Notes: generated by a model not told the origin, from the letters alone. Positions 36,134-48,639 are shown, counted from the first letter of the stretch. The stretch: DNA of 56,253 bases from Macrostomum lignano (GCA_002269645.1 NIVC01003578.1:1-56253), one strand, 5' to 3'. Translations and numbers: made by a program.

Positions 36134-36355
36134 GACGGTAGCCAGTCGGATGATGCAGAAAAGTTGAACGCACCAGCTGCGGCAGCTGCGACACCCGATG
36201 AGCTGCAGCTGCTCACTGAGCAGGCCTTGATAGCCGCTGAAATCTTGTCCAGCGAGGACGACTCGGACCTGACGGCGCTTGCCGCAGCCGAAGTCGCCGT
36301 CTCGGCCAAGACCTGCGTGACCATCCGGGCCGCGGTGTCGCCCAGTCTGGACCGG
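36134..36355 (+). CDS. LIM-domain gene exon (DGSQSDDAEK…SPSLDR)
   Basis: CTCGCAG acceptor, GTGGGT donor, phase 0-0, open frame. Confidence 0.6.
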
Positions 36356-36539
36356 GTGGGTGAAGGCCAGCGAATCCTGCCGGGCCATGCGCTGCGTCAC
36401 GGATGTTGTCCATCTCTTAGTCCTTTAGCCCTTCCTTGCGCTTACCTCTTTTTACTTCTTTGTGTTGTCAACCGGACCAAACGCACAGAATCCCACGGAC
36501 TGCCGGAGTCCACAGTGCTGTAAACTTTGCATTGCAGCT

Positions 36540-36756
36540 CCAGAATAGTTGCTGTTATTTAGCTTCTGGCTCTCCAGCACAGCTCTGAGCGGCGCCAGAA
36601 TAGTTGCTGTTATTTAGCTTCTGGCTCTCCAGCACAGCTCTGAGCGGCGCCAGAATAGTTGCTGTTATTTAGCTTCTGGCTCTCCAGCACAGCTCTGAGC
36701 GGCGCCAGAATAGTTGCTGTTATTTAGCTTCTGGCTCTCCAGCACAGCTCTGAGCG
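36540..36756. repeat. 55-bp tandem repeat x4
   Basis: CCAGAATAGTTGCTGTTATTTAGCTTCTGGCTCTCCAGCACAGCTCTGAGCGGCG recurs with period 55. Confidence 0.96.
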
Positions 36757-37130
36757 TTTTTCTGCCTCTCCCACTATTTCAGCGCACTGACTAGGCGCCG
36801 AGATTTGCGAACTGAAGTTTGTCGGGTGCTCACAGACTCATTTCGGACACCTTAATATAATCGCAAAAAATTACTTAATCGGAGTTTATCGTTTAACTGT
36901 ACCTGAATTTTATAGCCCCCCAGGTGTTGCGGTGAAGCACAGATCAGCTGAGGGAGCACAAATTGAAACTTTGCACCTTCAAAAAGTTTTTATTATTTGC
37001 TGGCACATGGTCAACCCTGCACCAATTTCTCTGGGAAATGCTTCCAACTGCCCAATTCAATTTTTAGACAATAAAAAATCGAATATAATTTTTAGTACGA
37101 CCTTTAGCTATTAAGATTCTGAGATTTTGT

Positions 37131-37589
37131 TGCAGATTTCAGTGCCGCTGCAGCCTCAATCTCAGTGAGATTTCTGTGCCGCTGCAGCCCCAATCTCGGT
37201 GAGATTTCTGTGCCGCTGCAGCCCCAATCTCAGTGAGATTTCAGTGCCGCATGTTGCCCCCAATCTTAGAGAGATTTCAGTGCCGCTGCAGCCCCAATCT
37301 CAGTGAGATTTCAGTGCCGCATGTTGCCCCAATCTCAGTGAGATTTCAGTGCCGCATGCTGCCCCAATCTCAGTGAGATTTCAGTGCCGCTGCAGCCCCA
37401 ATCTCAGTGAGATTTCAGTGCCGCATGCTGCCCCAATCTCAGTGAGATTTCAGTGCCGCTGCAGCCCCAATCTCAGTGAGATTTCAGTGCCGCATGCTGC
37501 CCCAATCTCAGTGAGATTTCAGTGCCGCTGCAGCCCCAATCTCAGTGAGATTTCAGTGCCGCATGCTGCCCCAATCTCAGTGAGATTTT
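37131..37589. repeat. 34/35-bp minisatellite with 69-bp higher-order unit
   Basis: GAGATTTCAGTGCCGCTGCAGCCCCAATCTCAGT alternates with …GCCGCATGCTGCCCC…. Confidence 0.95.
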
Positions 37590-38143
37590 AGTAGTTTAAA
37601 GGTAAAATTTCACAGACCAGGCACTAATTTGCGATAATTTGGACACCGAAGCAGTTACTAGATGACAGAGTTAATTAGCCAGAGAGTTTAGGGCGCACCT
37701 GGCAGGGCAAACTCGGCACAGATTTTATCCGGTTGCAGTTAATTTAATCGCGCACCAAATTATTTTTATTTTGGCTGTTGTAAATTTTGATAACCGAAGC
37801 TGCAGGGCCGGCACCAGCTTTGGTGTCTGCACTGGCGCCTGCTGCATGGAAATTCAAGGCATGAGAATTCTCACGGGCCTAAACTATTTGCCCAATGTAG
37901 GCTACACACTGCTGGCTGCTAGTTGCTCTTTTACTCGCCATTGTTAATTAACAGGCTTGAATTTGTTGCTTTTTGTGTGCCGTAACTGCGCAGCACTTAT
38001 GCGTTTTATTTGCCTCTGGCGCCTGCTGCTGCCGCTGGCTGCGCCTGAGTCTGCAGACTGAGTCTCCCCTGTCCTCTCAATCTGCCATCCCCCGATCTCC
38101 CCCTCTCTGCCGTACCGCCATAGCGTCTGTTAACAGACTTACT

Positions 38144-38669
38144 GGGGGTGTTTCTCGAAACTCACGTAAGTTCTATGGTAAGTTAGATCGTAAGAAAGAA
38201 ATTTACGTGTAGCGTAAGTTTGCTCGTAAGACGCTTTCTCAAAACTCACTTAGACTTTGCGTGGCTTACGCTGTTCGTAAGTCGTATCTGAAACGAAAAT
38301 TTGCATGTCTATGGTCCTAAATCTGTAAATATCTTTACTTTGTTTCTCGTAAGTTGCTTTCGAGAAAGACCCACCTTCGATAAAGTTTAACTTGACTTGG
38401 CTTGACTAAAGCTTCACGTACTATGCGATTAGTGCTAAGTGCGTCTTACGACTGATACCGAGCAGTCGTAGGGTTAAGATCAACCTTACGAAAGACCATA
38501 GACATTCGAACGTTTCGAGAAACAGTCTTTTGCGCAAAGTTACGAACTCGTAAAGTTGCGATCAATCTTACGCATAGCTAACTTGCGAGCCCTTCGAGCA
38601 ACCCGTAAGTGTAGCTTACCCAACTTACGTCTATGGTCGATCGTAAGTTGCTTTCGAGAAAGACCCCCC
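38144..38669. mobile_element. PIF/Harbinger-like MITE
   Basis: TIR GGGGT(G/C)TTTCTCGAAA at both ends, CTG (CWG-type) 3-bp flanks, many internal CGTAAG/CTTACG motifs, and an internal copy of the right TIR near 38350-38373. Confidence 0.7.
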
Positions 38670-39700
38670 TGGTTATTGTGCCCGCAGCAGCCCCTGTTTG
38701 ACAGATGATCCACCGTTGTACATAGCAGCGCATCTGTCTTTTAGTTCCTTATATTTCAACAAGCAATAAAATACTTCCACTCTAGCGACTGTGTGGAAAA
38801 ATTGAAATTGTACAAATAGTAATTGTGGATAAATAGTTTCATGTTTTTCTTTCTTTCGGGAATCTTTCGGAACCCTAAACGAAGGGCCATCAAAGCGAAG
38901 CCTCTTGCTTGAAAACTAGCCAGTATCCCAGCGCCCCTGCCAATGCTGGCTCGCATATTTTCACCTGGCCCCGCGTGTGTGTGTGCAGCTGCTGACGCCA
39001 GCCTGCTGCCGCTGCAAAGGCTTTGCTAAGGGGAGCCATCGGAGGCGGGCAAAAAAGCTGCGGGGATAGCGGATGGAGGCCGGGAATGCGGCCTGCCCTC
39101 TACTGTTGGCGTGCCATTCGGAGTAAACAGCGAATCGCTCCGCCGTCCTTCGCTGCTTCGCCAAGACATTCAGCTTTGCCCCTTTCCATTGCGCACCCCC
39201 CCCCTGGTTTTCCTGCGCACTGAACGCACAGGGGTGGCCGCGTTTGCGAAGCCCTCGGGAGCTGCCGGCCTTAGATGGAAAGTTGAATTTCGAATACGCC
39301 CAGCCTCGGTCCTTCCCTTCCCCCGTCTATAAACTGTGCATAGATTGCTAAAACCTACGCATCTGGAATGGAAACTGCAAAATATAGCATTGTCTTTGTG
39401 TTTCAAGTTCAATGCCCAAAAATGAAGGCCCTATTATCAAGATTTACTATTTTATAAGTTCAAATGTTGTTTGTGCGCCGGCTAAATAAATTGCAGCCTC
39501 CGCCTGCGCGTATCCTCACCATCAATTTTCCACTCCGGATGCTTATAAGAATTCTATAGAACTCCTTGCGCTGGGAGTCTGGAATACCTGGCTGTACAGC
39601 TGCCCCCCTGCCCCACCGCCCCCTGCCTGCAGTTGGCAGCCAGTCGCGATCGCAGAACTTTCTCTTAGGAGGGCTCCTGCCGTCCCCACCAGGCCTGCGC

Positions 39701-39705
<5 letters not shown>

Positions 39706-39733
<28 letters not shown>
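39706..39733. repeat. (GA)n microsatellite
   Basis: Visible dinucleotide run. Confidence 0.95.
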
Positions 39734-39737
<4 letters not shown>

Positions 39738-40041
39738 AAAACGGCAAGAAAGAAAGTAAAAATAGCGGCGCCGCAATCTTCGCCATCGGATTGCTGCTGA
39801 CTTGAGGGCTGCACATCAAAGTCTGCTATTCGCGCTAAACCAGATCGCTTATTGCACTGCCAGACCAGATTAGCCATGGTAAGGCCAAGCATCTTGTGCA
39901 GGCTACTCAAGAGCCGCACTTCAGATTGTGTCTGTTCTCACGGTGCTTCATCAACCCCCCCAGCCTGTTTTCCAAGCCAGTTGTCTCCCTGTCTATTTGA
40001 TTAAGCAGTGTGTTTGATTCAGACCCGCATTCCGTTCGCAG

Positions 40042-40114
40042 GAGACGGCAGCCACCGATTCGAAGCAGCCGGAGCAGCGGCTCGAGTCCGAGGATACTCA
40101 ACAGCAAGTTGCAG
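40042..40114 (+). CDS. LIM-domain gene exon (ETAATDSKQPEQRLESEDTQQQVA)
   Basis: TTCGCAG acceptor, GTGAGT donor, phase 0-1. Confidence 0.65.
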
Positions 40115-40768
40115 GTGAGTTTGCCGACACGCTTCTGGTTCAGCGACTGCGGATCTGCGGCTCAGCTGACTCAGCCTTGGGCCATCCATTATTTAGTAGC
40201 ATATGCTTGCCTTCATTCTCTGCGATTTGGAATCTGCCGGAGTTTCACCTGCACCATCTCCCTCTGTCTGGCGTACTGCGCAGCCTGCGCTGAATCAGCT
40301 TCATCCCCTCACTGCCTCGCTGGGATTCGCAGCCTCCTCCCTTGCGCCTCATCGGTTTGCAGCCGCCCATTCCCAGAATCACGCAGCCCAGCAGCCGCCC
40401 ATCTCACTGCCACTAGAATTTTGTGCCCATTGATTGTCTTTCAACTTTCACTTCGAGTTAATCTTTTATTTAATAACTGTTGCATTGCTATTCCCTTAGC
40501 GCTGGGGATCTGCAAATGTCAGTGCATTGCCGAAATTCAGCTGTCCGAAGTTCAACTGGCTGCGCTGTTTTCCTTTGTAGTGTGGGGGGGTTAATTTGCC
40601 TGCACTTTTAACCTGCCCTGCCGCCTGCTGGCTGCCCGCTGCATGTCTGCTGGCGTGCCGGCCATTTGTGAATGCACTGCCGGGCTGCCGCGTGCCGAGT
40701 TTTGCTGCACGGTCTGCGGTCATCTTGAATTCCATTTCTGCGCAGCTGCTTGTGGCTTAAACTGGGGC

Positions 40769-40977
40769 GACAGACAGACAGACAGACAGACAGACACTAA
40801 GACAGACAGACAGACAGACAGACACTAAGACAGACAGACAGACACTAAGACAGACAGACAGACACACAGACAGACAGACACACAGACAGACACACAGACA
40901 GACAGACAGACAGACACACAGACAGACAGACAGACAGACAGACACACAGACAGACATACAGACAGACAGACAGACAC

Positions 40978-41008
<31 letters not shown>

Positions 41009-41049
41009 CACAGACAGACAGACAGACAGACAGACACACAGACAGACAT

Positions 41050-41112
<63 letters not shown>

Positions 41113-41180
41113 CACAGACAGACAGACAGACACACAGACAGACACTAAGACACTAAGACAATAGGAGAGACAGACAGACA
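40769..41180. repeat. (GACA)n microsatellite
   Basis: Visible tetranucleotide array. Confidence 0.97.
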
Positions 41181-41495
41181 GAGGCATAAATCGACATGCA
41201 TAAACGGAAGCATAGCTTACAGACGCAAACCTGGTGACGAAAATATCAAATTTATTTTGTTTCATTTCTCTCCTGCCCGTGCGCTGCCGGCCGCATGAGC
41301 TTGTCAGCTAAAGTCGGTCACTCACTGCTACTCACCCAGGCGCTGATTTGCGTCACAAATACCTGCTCAATTTTTGGAGTGCCACAATTTATTTATTATT
41401 AAGCTTTCCCTGTCTCAGTGCATGCGCATGCCTTGCAGTGCTGTGGCCACCCACCCCACCCTCCGCTCCCCCGCTCGCCCGCTCGAACCGAACAG

Positions 41496-41656
41496 CCGCT
41501 GAAGAAGAGTCTGGAGGCGAAGACCAGCCGCCGTTGGAATCCGTCGGAGACGAGGAGAGCGCAGAGGAGGCCGTTGCCATAGCAACCGAGTCTGCCAACG
41601 GCGACGAATTTGGCAGCCGCATGAGCAGCGGCAACGGCAGCGTTGGTCAGGGACAG
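41496..41656 (+). CDS. LIM-domain gene acidic exon (AAEEESGGEDQPP…GQGQ)
   Basis: AACAG acceptor, GTGAGG donor, phase 1-0, fitting both neighbours. Confidence 0.7.
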
Positions 41657-42489
41657 GTGAGGTTGGGATTTAATTACGGTGTGTTGCCATGCTATGCCAA
41701 ATGTTTCAATTCCTTTCCTGCTCTTGGAAGAGCTCTGCTTCTAGCAGCAGATGGCAGCAGCAGCGGCAGTCAGCCAGCAATCCATTCGGCAGAGGGCCGG
41801 CGTCCAGCTTATTCAGGCACAACAGCACAGCCTCCTGCTCTAGAGGCAGCTATGTAATTACCTGTCAATCAATGATGTGCTGCTTTGTACTTTCCTAGAA
41901 AGTGCGGCTTGCCGGGACACGCAGTTGGCACCGCGCCAGCCCAGTCTGCCTGCTCCGCAATGCACCGATTTCTTTTGATTCTTCTTTAGCGTCTGCATGC
42001 TGGCATACAGACTCTACTGGCTTGAGTTGCACTCAGAGGCATTGCTGTTTAATCAACTGCAACTATTTGGCATGCTCTCCAATGTCGCCTGTTGCACACC
42101 TTGCAGCCTTTCTGCACCATCGTCTATGCGCAAACAGAAGATCTGCTTTTATGCTCTTGAAGGATGAAGAAGACATTTCCAATCCTCCTCCCTTAGATTG
42201 AGACAATGGGCTTCTGGTCCGAGAATCTTGTGCCGGACACGGAGCCCGACTGTCTGTGCGGCTCACTTGTGCGGGTTCGGTCTCAGTTGACTGTTGCTTG
42301 TTTTCAGTATTGCTGTTGCCTGTGATCATACTCACGAATAGTAGTTCATCACCTGAGCAATCACGTGATTTCTGGGCACACACGTACCTGATATTGTACC
42401 GATTCACCTATGATGTCAACCTTCTTGGTCACATTGAATTAATTTGTAAATTTAAACAAATGCTGCTTGTGCCATGATATTGGTCGCTT

Positions 42490-43200
42490 CGTGTCAGAAG
42501 ATCTCTGTCGACTTGTGTCAGAGCCTCTTCGATTTGTGTCAGAGCCTCGTTGTTTTGTGTAAGATCTTTGTCAATTTTATGTCTGAGTTTCGTCGGTGTA
42601 TGTCAGAGCTTTGCCGATTTGTGTCAGATCTTTGCCGATTTGTGTCAGATCTTTGCCGATTTGTGTCAGATCTTTGCCGATTTGTGTCAGATCTTTGCCG
42701 ATTTGTGTCGAAGCTTTGCCGATTTGTGTCAGTTCTTTGCCGATTTGTGTCGAAGCTTTGCCGATTTGTGTCAGTTCTCTGCTGATTTGTGTCAGATATT
42801 TTCCAGTTTGTGTCAGATCTTTGCCGATTTGTGTCAGATATTTTCCAGTTTGTGTCAGATCTTTGCTGATTTGTGTCGAAGCTTTGCCGATTTGTGTCAG
42901 TTCTCTGCTGATTTGTGTCAGATATTTTCCAGTTTGTGTCAGATCTTTGCCGATTTGTGTCAGATATTTTCCAGTTTGTGTCAGATCTTTGCTGATTTGT
43001 GTCGAAGCTTTGCCGATTTGTGTCAGATATTTTCCAGTTTGTGTCAGATCTTTGCTGATTTGTGTCGAAGCTTTTCCGATTTGTGTCAGATATTTGCCAC
43101 TTTGTGTGAGATCTGTGCGGATATGTGTCCAATATTTGCCAGTTTGTATCAGAAATTCGTCGGTGTGTGTCAGATCTTTGCCGATTTGTGTCAGATCTTC
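42490..43200. repeat. 21-bp minisatellite (GATTTGTGTCAGATCTTTGCC)n
   Basis: Visible array with variant units. Confidence 0.95.
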
Positions 43201-43386
43201 GTCAGCTTGTGTAGGGCTTCGTCGATTTGTGTCAATGCCTTTCAGAAGTTGTTACCACTTTTATTTTGCACTCGTTGAGTCTTAGTTTTTGTTCTTAAAT
43301 TTGCCTCCAACTTCACAGCACCCTAAGGTATTGAATCTGCAACCTGCAAAGCAATTTCTGAAACAAATCTGCTTTTTCATTCGCAG

Positions 43387-43511
43387 GGCGGAGGCGCCGA
43401 CTCCTGCAAAATGTGCCACGGGCGGGTTTACCCAATGGAGCGGCTAACCTCCGATGGCCAGGTGTACCACAAGTCCTGCTACCGCTGCTACAAGTGCAAG
43501 CGGCAGCTCAG
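43387..43511 (+). CDS. LIM domain first half (CKMCHGRVYPMERLTSDGQVYHKSCYRCYKCKRQLS)
   Basis: C-x2-C…H-x2-C-x2-C-x2-C with the VYPMERL signature of EPLIN/LIMA1, XIRP and LIMD2 LIM domains; canonical splice sites. Confidence 0.93.
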
Positions 43512-43574
43512 GTATGGCGTTTGGCTGTGCATTTTTCTGGGGGGTTTCTGTTGCTAAGCTGCTAAATAGTGAAT

Positions 43575-44422
43575 GCTAAAGACTCAAGATAGTAAATGCT
43601 GAAGACTCAAGATAGTGAATGGTGAAGACTCAAGATAGTGAACGGTGAAGACTCAAGATAGTGAATGCTGAAGACTCAAGATAGTGAATGGTGAAGACTC
43701 AAGATAGTGAATGCTGAAGACTCAAGATAGTGAATGCTGAAGACTCAAGATAGTGAATGGTGAAGACTCAAGATAGTGAATGGTGAAGACTCAAGATAGT
43801 GAATGGTGAAGACTCAAGATAGTGAATGGTGAAGACTCAAGATAGTGAATGCTGAAGACTCAAGATAGTGAATGGTGAAGACTCAAGATAGTGAATGGTG
43901 AAGACTCAAGATAGTGAATGCTGAAGACTCAAGATAGTGAATGGTGAAGACTCAAGATAGTGAATGCTGAAGACTCAAGATAGTGAATGGTGAAGACTCA
44001 AGATAGTGAATGCTGAAGACTCAAGATAGTGAATGGTGAAGACTCAAGATAGTGAATGGTGAAGACTCAAGATAGTGAATGGTGAAGACTCAAGATAGTG
44101 AATGCTGAAGACTCAAGATAGTGAATGGTGAAGACTCAAGATAGTGAATGGTGAAGACTCAAGATAGTGAATGCTGAAGACTCAAGATAGTGAATGGTGA
44201 AGACTCAAGATAGTGAATGCTGAAGACTCAAGATAGTGAATGGTGAAGACTCAAGATAGTGAATGGTGAAGACTCAAGATAGTGAATGCTGAAGACTCAA
44301 GATAGTGAATGCTGAAGACTCAAGATAGTGAATGCTGAAGACTCAAGATAGTGAATGGTGAAGACTCAAGATAGTGAATTGTGAAGACTCAAGATAGTGA
44401 ATTGTGAAGACTCAAGATAGTG
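43575..44422. repeat. 23-bp minisatellite (GAAGACTCAAGATAGTGAATG(G/C)T)n in the intron splitting the LIM domain
   Basis: Visible array of ~36 copies. Confidence 0.97.
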
Positions 44423-44455
44423 ACTCCAGTCTGCTGTCGCACTCCAAAATTTCAG

Positions 44456-44529
44456 CGTCGGCAATTTCGCCATCATGGACGACCGGCTGTACTGCCAGCC
44501 TCACTACATTGAGCTGTTCCGGCTGAAGG
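44456..44529 (+). CDS. LIM domain second half (SVGNFAIMDDRLYCQPHYIELFRLKG)
   Basis: Phase-2 join with the previous exon; YCxPH…LF+xKG matches the EPLIN/LIMD2 LIM end. Confidence 0.92.
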
Positions 44530-44617
44530 GTTGGTGAAGCTGAACTGTTGCTCATTAATAGTCTTGAGTTCTGACCCAACAGCTTATGGCTCCAACTTGC
44601 TACTCTCCCAATTGCAG

Positions 44618-44665
44618 GCAGCTACCGCTTCCACGATTCGGCTGGAGTCCCGGTTAACTCCATAG
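44618..44665 (+). CDS. 48-nt exon after the LIM domain (GSYRFHDSAGVPVNSI)
   Basis: TTGCAG / GTTTGC, phase 1-1; gives KGSY like the KGNY of family members. Confidence 0.75.
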   Translation, partial: AATASTIRLESRLTP

Positions 44666-44945
44666 GTTTGCATGCTGGCCTAGTTGGCCTCTCGCCTTTT
44701 ATTACCGATTACCGACTCATACACCTGCCCTAATTGCATGTCTTGAATGAGCATGAGATCAGCTTGGTTCGGATTTTGAGCTGAGGACAGCTTTTTGTTT
44801 AAACCGGGACTCCCTCATTCTTGACTGGACACTTTTCAAACCCCTGCAAATTCAGATTGAAAATTCCCTAAATATTCTTTCTAGCTACTAACTAGACAAG
44901 TAGTTTAATCGCGAATTTTTTCTAATCAAATAATTATTGTAGCAG

Positions 44946-45082
44946 GAAGCGGCGACGAGTCCGTTGAGAACGGCGGCGGCTCTAACGACAGCGGCCACGT
45001 GCCCAAGCTCAGCAACATCAAGTCTCGCTTCGAGTCCTTTGAGGAGCAGCCGCCCGCGTCTCCATCTAAGAGGAAGGAGAAG
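44946..45082 (+). CDS. LIM-domain gene exon (…PKLSNIKSRFESFEE…KEK)
   Basis: TAGCAG acceptor, GTGAGG donor, phase 1-0. Confidence 0.8.
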
Positions 45083-45124
45083 GTGAGGAGATTGGGGTTT
45101 GAGTTGTTTGCATTGGCGAGCAGT

Positions 45125-46115
45125 TCCCAGATTCTCAGTTGCTGGGCCAGCCTCCCAGATCCTCAGTTGCCGGGCCAGCCACCCAGATTCTCAGTTGCTG
45201 GGCCAGCCTCCCAGATCCTCAGTTGCTGGGCCAGCCACCCAGATTCTCAGTTGCTGGGCCAGCCTCCCAGATTCTCAGTTGCTGGGCCAGCCACCCAGAT
45301 TCTCAGTTGCTGGGCCAGCCTCCCAGATCCTCAGTTGCTGGGCCAGCCACCCAGATTCTCAGTTGCTGGGCCAGCCTCCCAGATCCTCAGTTGCTCCGCT
45401 GCCTTCCTCGATCCTCAGTTGCTGAGCCAGCCTCCCAGATCCTCAGTTGCTGAGCCAGCCGCCCAGATTCTCAGTTGCTGGGCCAGCCTCCCAGATTCTC
45501 AGTTGTTCCGCTGCCCTCCCAGATCCTCAATTGCTGAGCCAGCCGCCCAGATTCTCAGTTGCTGGGCCAGCCTCCCAGATGCTCAGTTGCTGGGCCAGCC
45601 ACCCAGATTCTCAGTTGCTGGGCCAGCCTCCCAGATCCTCAGTTGCTCCGCTGCCCTCCCAGATCCTCAGTTGCTGAGCCAGCCGCCCAGATTCTCAGTT
45701 GCTAGGCCAGCCTCCCAGATGCTCAGTTGCTCCGCTGCCCTCCCAGATCCTCAGTTGCTGGGCCAGCCTCCCAGATCCTCAGTTGCTGGGCCAGCCTCCC
45801 AGATCCTCAGTTGCTGGGCCAGCCTCACAGATCCTCAGTTGCTGGGCCAGCCTCCCAGATCCTCAGTTGCTGGGCCAGCCTCCCAGATCCTCAGTTGCTG
45901 GGCCAGCCGCCCAGATCCTTAGTTGCTGGGCTAGCCTCCCAGATCCTCAGTTGCTGGGCCAGCCTCCCAGATCCTCAGTTGCTGGGCCAGCCTCACAGAT
46001 CCTCAGTTGCTGGGCCAGCCTCCCAGATCCTCAGTTGCTGGGCCAGCCTCCCAGATCCTCAGTTGCTGGGCCAGCCGCCCAGATCCTTAGTTGCTGGGCT
46101 AGCCTCCCAGATCCC
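45125..46115. repeat. 28-bp minisatellite (CCCAGATCCTCAGTTGCTGGGCCAGCCT)n
   Basis: Visible array. Confidence 0.97.
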
Positions 46116-46389
46116 CAGTTACTTCGCTTCCCTCCCAGAGTAACTCAGTTGCTCAGTTGCTGGGCCGTCGCAACCTTCGCAGATTCTGAGATCTGAGTTT
46201 TGCATTAAGTTTTGCTGCTGCAAGCACTAGCAGAATGTATTAACTAAGGCATTATCAGTCTTGATTGCTAAAGCTTGAAGCAAGTGAGCATTAAGTTAGC
46301 AGCAGTTCTAATTGCTACCCAGTCGCAGCACCCAGCTACGTGCAAAGGGAAATGGCCAGTTAAATTGGTCTGGAAAATATTCTATCCAG

Positions 46390-46896
46390 CTTGCCGAGCC
46401 GGCGGCATCATCAAAGGTTTCCAAGGCAACCGTTCAGCTAAGAATGGTCGCTAGGCAGTCGTCTGTTTCCGGATTACAGTCCCCGATCGATGCTAATGCT
46501 GATCCATTGGTTGCTACGCAACAGCCGGTTGCTAAGGAGACGCCGGTTGCTAGGCAATCATCGGTGACTTCTCTGCTGCCAGTTGCTAGGCAGCAATTTT
46601 TGTCCTTTCAACCGCCTTCGGTTTCTCCGCCCTCGAATGCTGTTGCTATGCAACCATTTGTGGCTGCTACGCAACCATCTCCAGTGGTTGCTACGCTGTC
46701 TTCTCCGGAGGTTGCTATGCAGCCTGCAGTTGCTAGGCAACCAATGCCGGCATCCAGCGGCAACACTCGGCACCCGAAGCTGACAGCCGAGCTGTCCTGC
46801 GCTCCGAACTTTCCCTCCGACTACGACGAGGGCGACTCTGCCGCCCCTGACGAGGCCGAAGAGATGGAGACTGCGCAGCCTCCTGCATCATCTGGG
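46390..46896 (+). CDS. Candidate cassette exon, Pro/Ala/Val/Gln-rich with VA(R/T/M)Q repeats
   Basis: ATCCAG acceptor and weak GTACCT donor, phase 0-0, open frame; skipping it would keep the frame. Confidence 0.4.
46417..46741. promoter_or_regulatory. Cluster of ~11 RFX X-box-like palindromes
   Basis: GTTTCCAAGGCAAC 46417, GTTGCTACGCAAC 46510, GTTGCTAAGGAGAC 46528, GTTGCTAGGCAAT 46546, GTTGCTATGCAAC 46642, GTTGCTAGGCAAC 46729, plus weaker copies; function untested. Confidence 0.35.
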
Positions 46897-47139
46897 GTAC
46901 CTTTTTAACGGCGATCTGCTTTCCTTAGACTTCCTTTCTTTTGATTCGTGGATCGGTTCAGCACTCGTCATTCGGCATTAATAATTGGTTCACCTGGTCC
47001 TGTTCACCTTCGCATGCTTCACGGTCGGATGAGTCACTCAGCTGGCAAGAGGCGATCAAAGCTTTAATATTTTAGTTTATTTACTTTTTCACTGGTTATT
47101 TCACTGGTGTCCGACTCAAAACACTTTTCAATCCCGAGT

Positions 47140-48290
47140 CCCAATTCTCCAAATCCCAAATTCCAGTTCGAATCCCAAACCTAATCCTAAATTCCAATCC
47201 ATAAAATCCCGAATCGCACTCCATCAAATCCCGAATCCCAGTTCATCAAATCCCGAATCCCAAACCTAATCCTAAATCCCAATCCATCAAATCCCGAATC
47301 GCACTCCATCAAATCCAGAATCCCAATCTATCAAATCCCGAATCCCAATCCATCAAATCCCGAATCCCAGTTCATCAAATCCCGAATCCCAATCTATCGA
47401 ATCCCGAATCCCAATCCATCAAATCCCGAATCCCAATCCATCAAATCCCGAATCCCAGTTCATCAAATCCCGAATCCCAATCTGTCGAATCCCGAATCCC
47501 AATCCATCAAATCCCGAATCCCAATCTATCAAATCCCGAATCCCAATCCATCAAATCCCGAATCCCAGTTCATCAAATCCCGAATCCCAATCTATCGAAT
47601 CCCGAATCCCAATCCATCAAATCCCGAATCCCAATCCATCAAATCCCGAATCCCAGTTCATCAAATCCCGAATCCCAATCTGTCGAATCCCGAATCCCAA
47701 TCCATCAAATCCCGAATCCCAATCTATCGAATCCCGAATCCCAATCCATCAAATCCCGAATCCCAATCTATCGAATCCCGAATCACAATCCATCAAATCC
47801 CGAATCCCAATCCATCAAATCCCGAATCCCAATCCATCAAATCCTGAATCCCAATCCATCAAATCCCGAATCCCAATCCATCAAATCCCGAATCCCAATC
47901 CATCAAATCCCGAATCCCAATCCATCAAATCCCGAATCCCAGTTCATCAAATCCCGAATCCCAATCCATCAAATCCCGAATCCCAATCTATCGAATCCCG
48001 AATCCCAATCCATCAAATCCCGAATCCCAGTTCATCAAATCCCGAATCCCAATCCATCAAATCCCGAATCCCAATCCATCAAATCCCGAATCCCAATCCA
48101 TCAAATCCCGAATCCCAGTTCATCAAATCCCGAATCCCAATCCATCAAATCCCGAATCCCAATCTATCGAATCCCGAATCCCAATCCATCAAATCCCGAA
48201 TCCCAGTTCATCAAATCCCGAATCCCAATCCATCAAATCCCGAATCCCAATCCATCAAATCCCGAATCCCAATCCATCAAATCCCGACTC
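47140..48290. repeat. 22-bp minisatellite (AAATCCCGAATCCCAATCCATC)n
   Basis: Visible array of ~50 copies. Confidence 0.97.
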
Positions 48291-48336
48291 CCAAAGCATC
48301 GCGTTCGCACGCAGCTCCCCACCTGGATCCGCCCAG

Positions 48337-48639
48337 GTGTACTACGCTGGCCTGCAGTCTGCCAGACACCGCTACGAGACGGCCACCAGCGAGAAGGAGC
48401 GGCCGCACTCGGAGAAGCCAAAGCGCTTCACCCCGCCCAGGGAGGGCAGCGCCGGAGTGGTCGAAAGCCAGCCGCAGGAGTTGCCACCAGATGTAGTCCG
48501 TTGCTATGACAACGGCGACTCGGACGACCGGCCGGCACCCGGCAGCAGCCGCAACGTGCTGGCCCGCTTCCGGGAGATCGAGCAGCAGAACGGCAGCCAC
48601 CAGCCGCCTGCCAAGGAGGCGGAGGCCCGGCCGCGATCT
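48337..48639 (+). CDS. LIM-domain gene exon (VYYAGLQSARHRYE…PPDVVR…VLARFREIEQ…)
   Basis: CGCCCAG acceptor, GTGAGT donor, phase 0-0. Confidence 0.85.

Noticed and set aside
47140-48290. Interstitial telomere
   Set aside because: The reverse strand is GGGATT-rich but is a 22-bp unit, not (TTAGGG)n.
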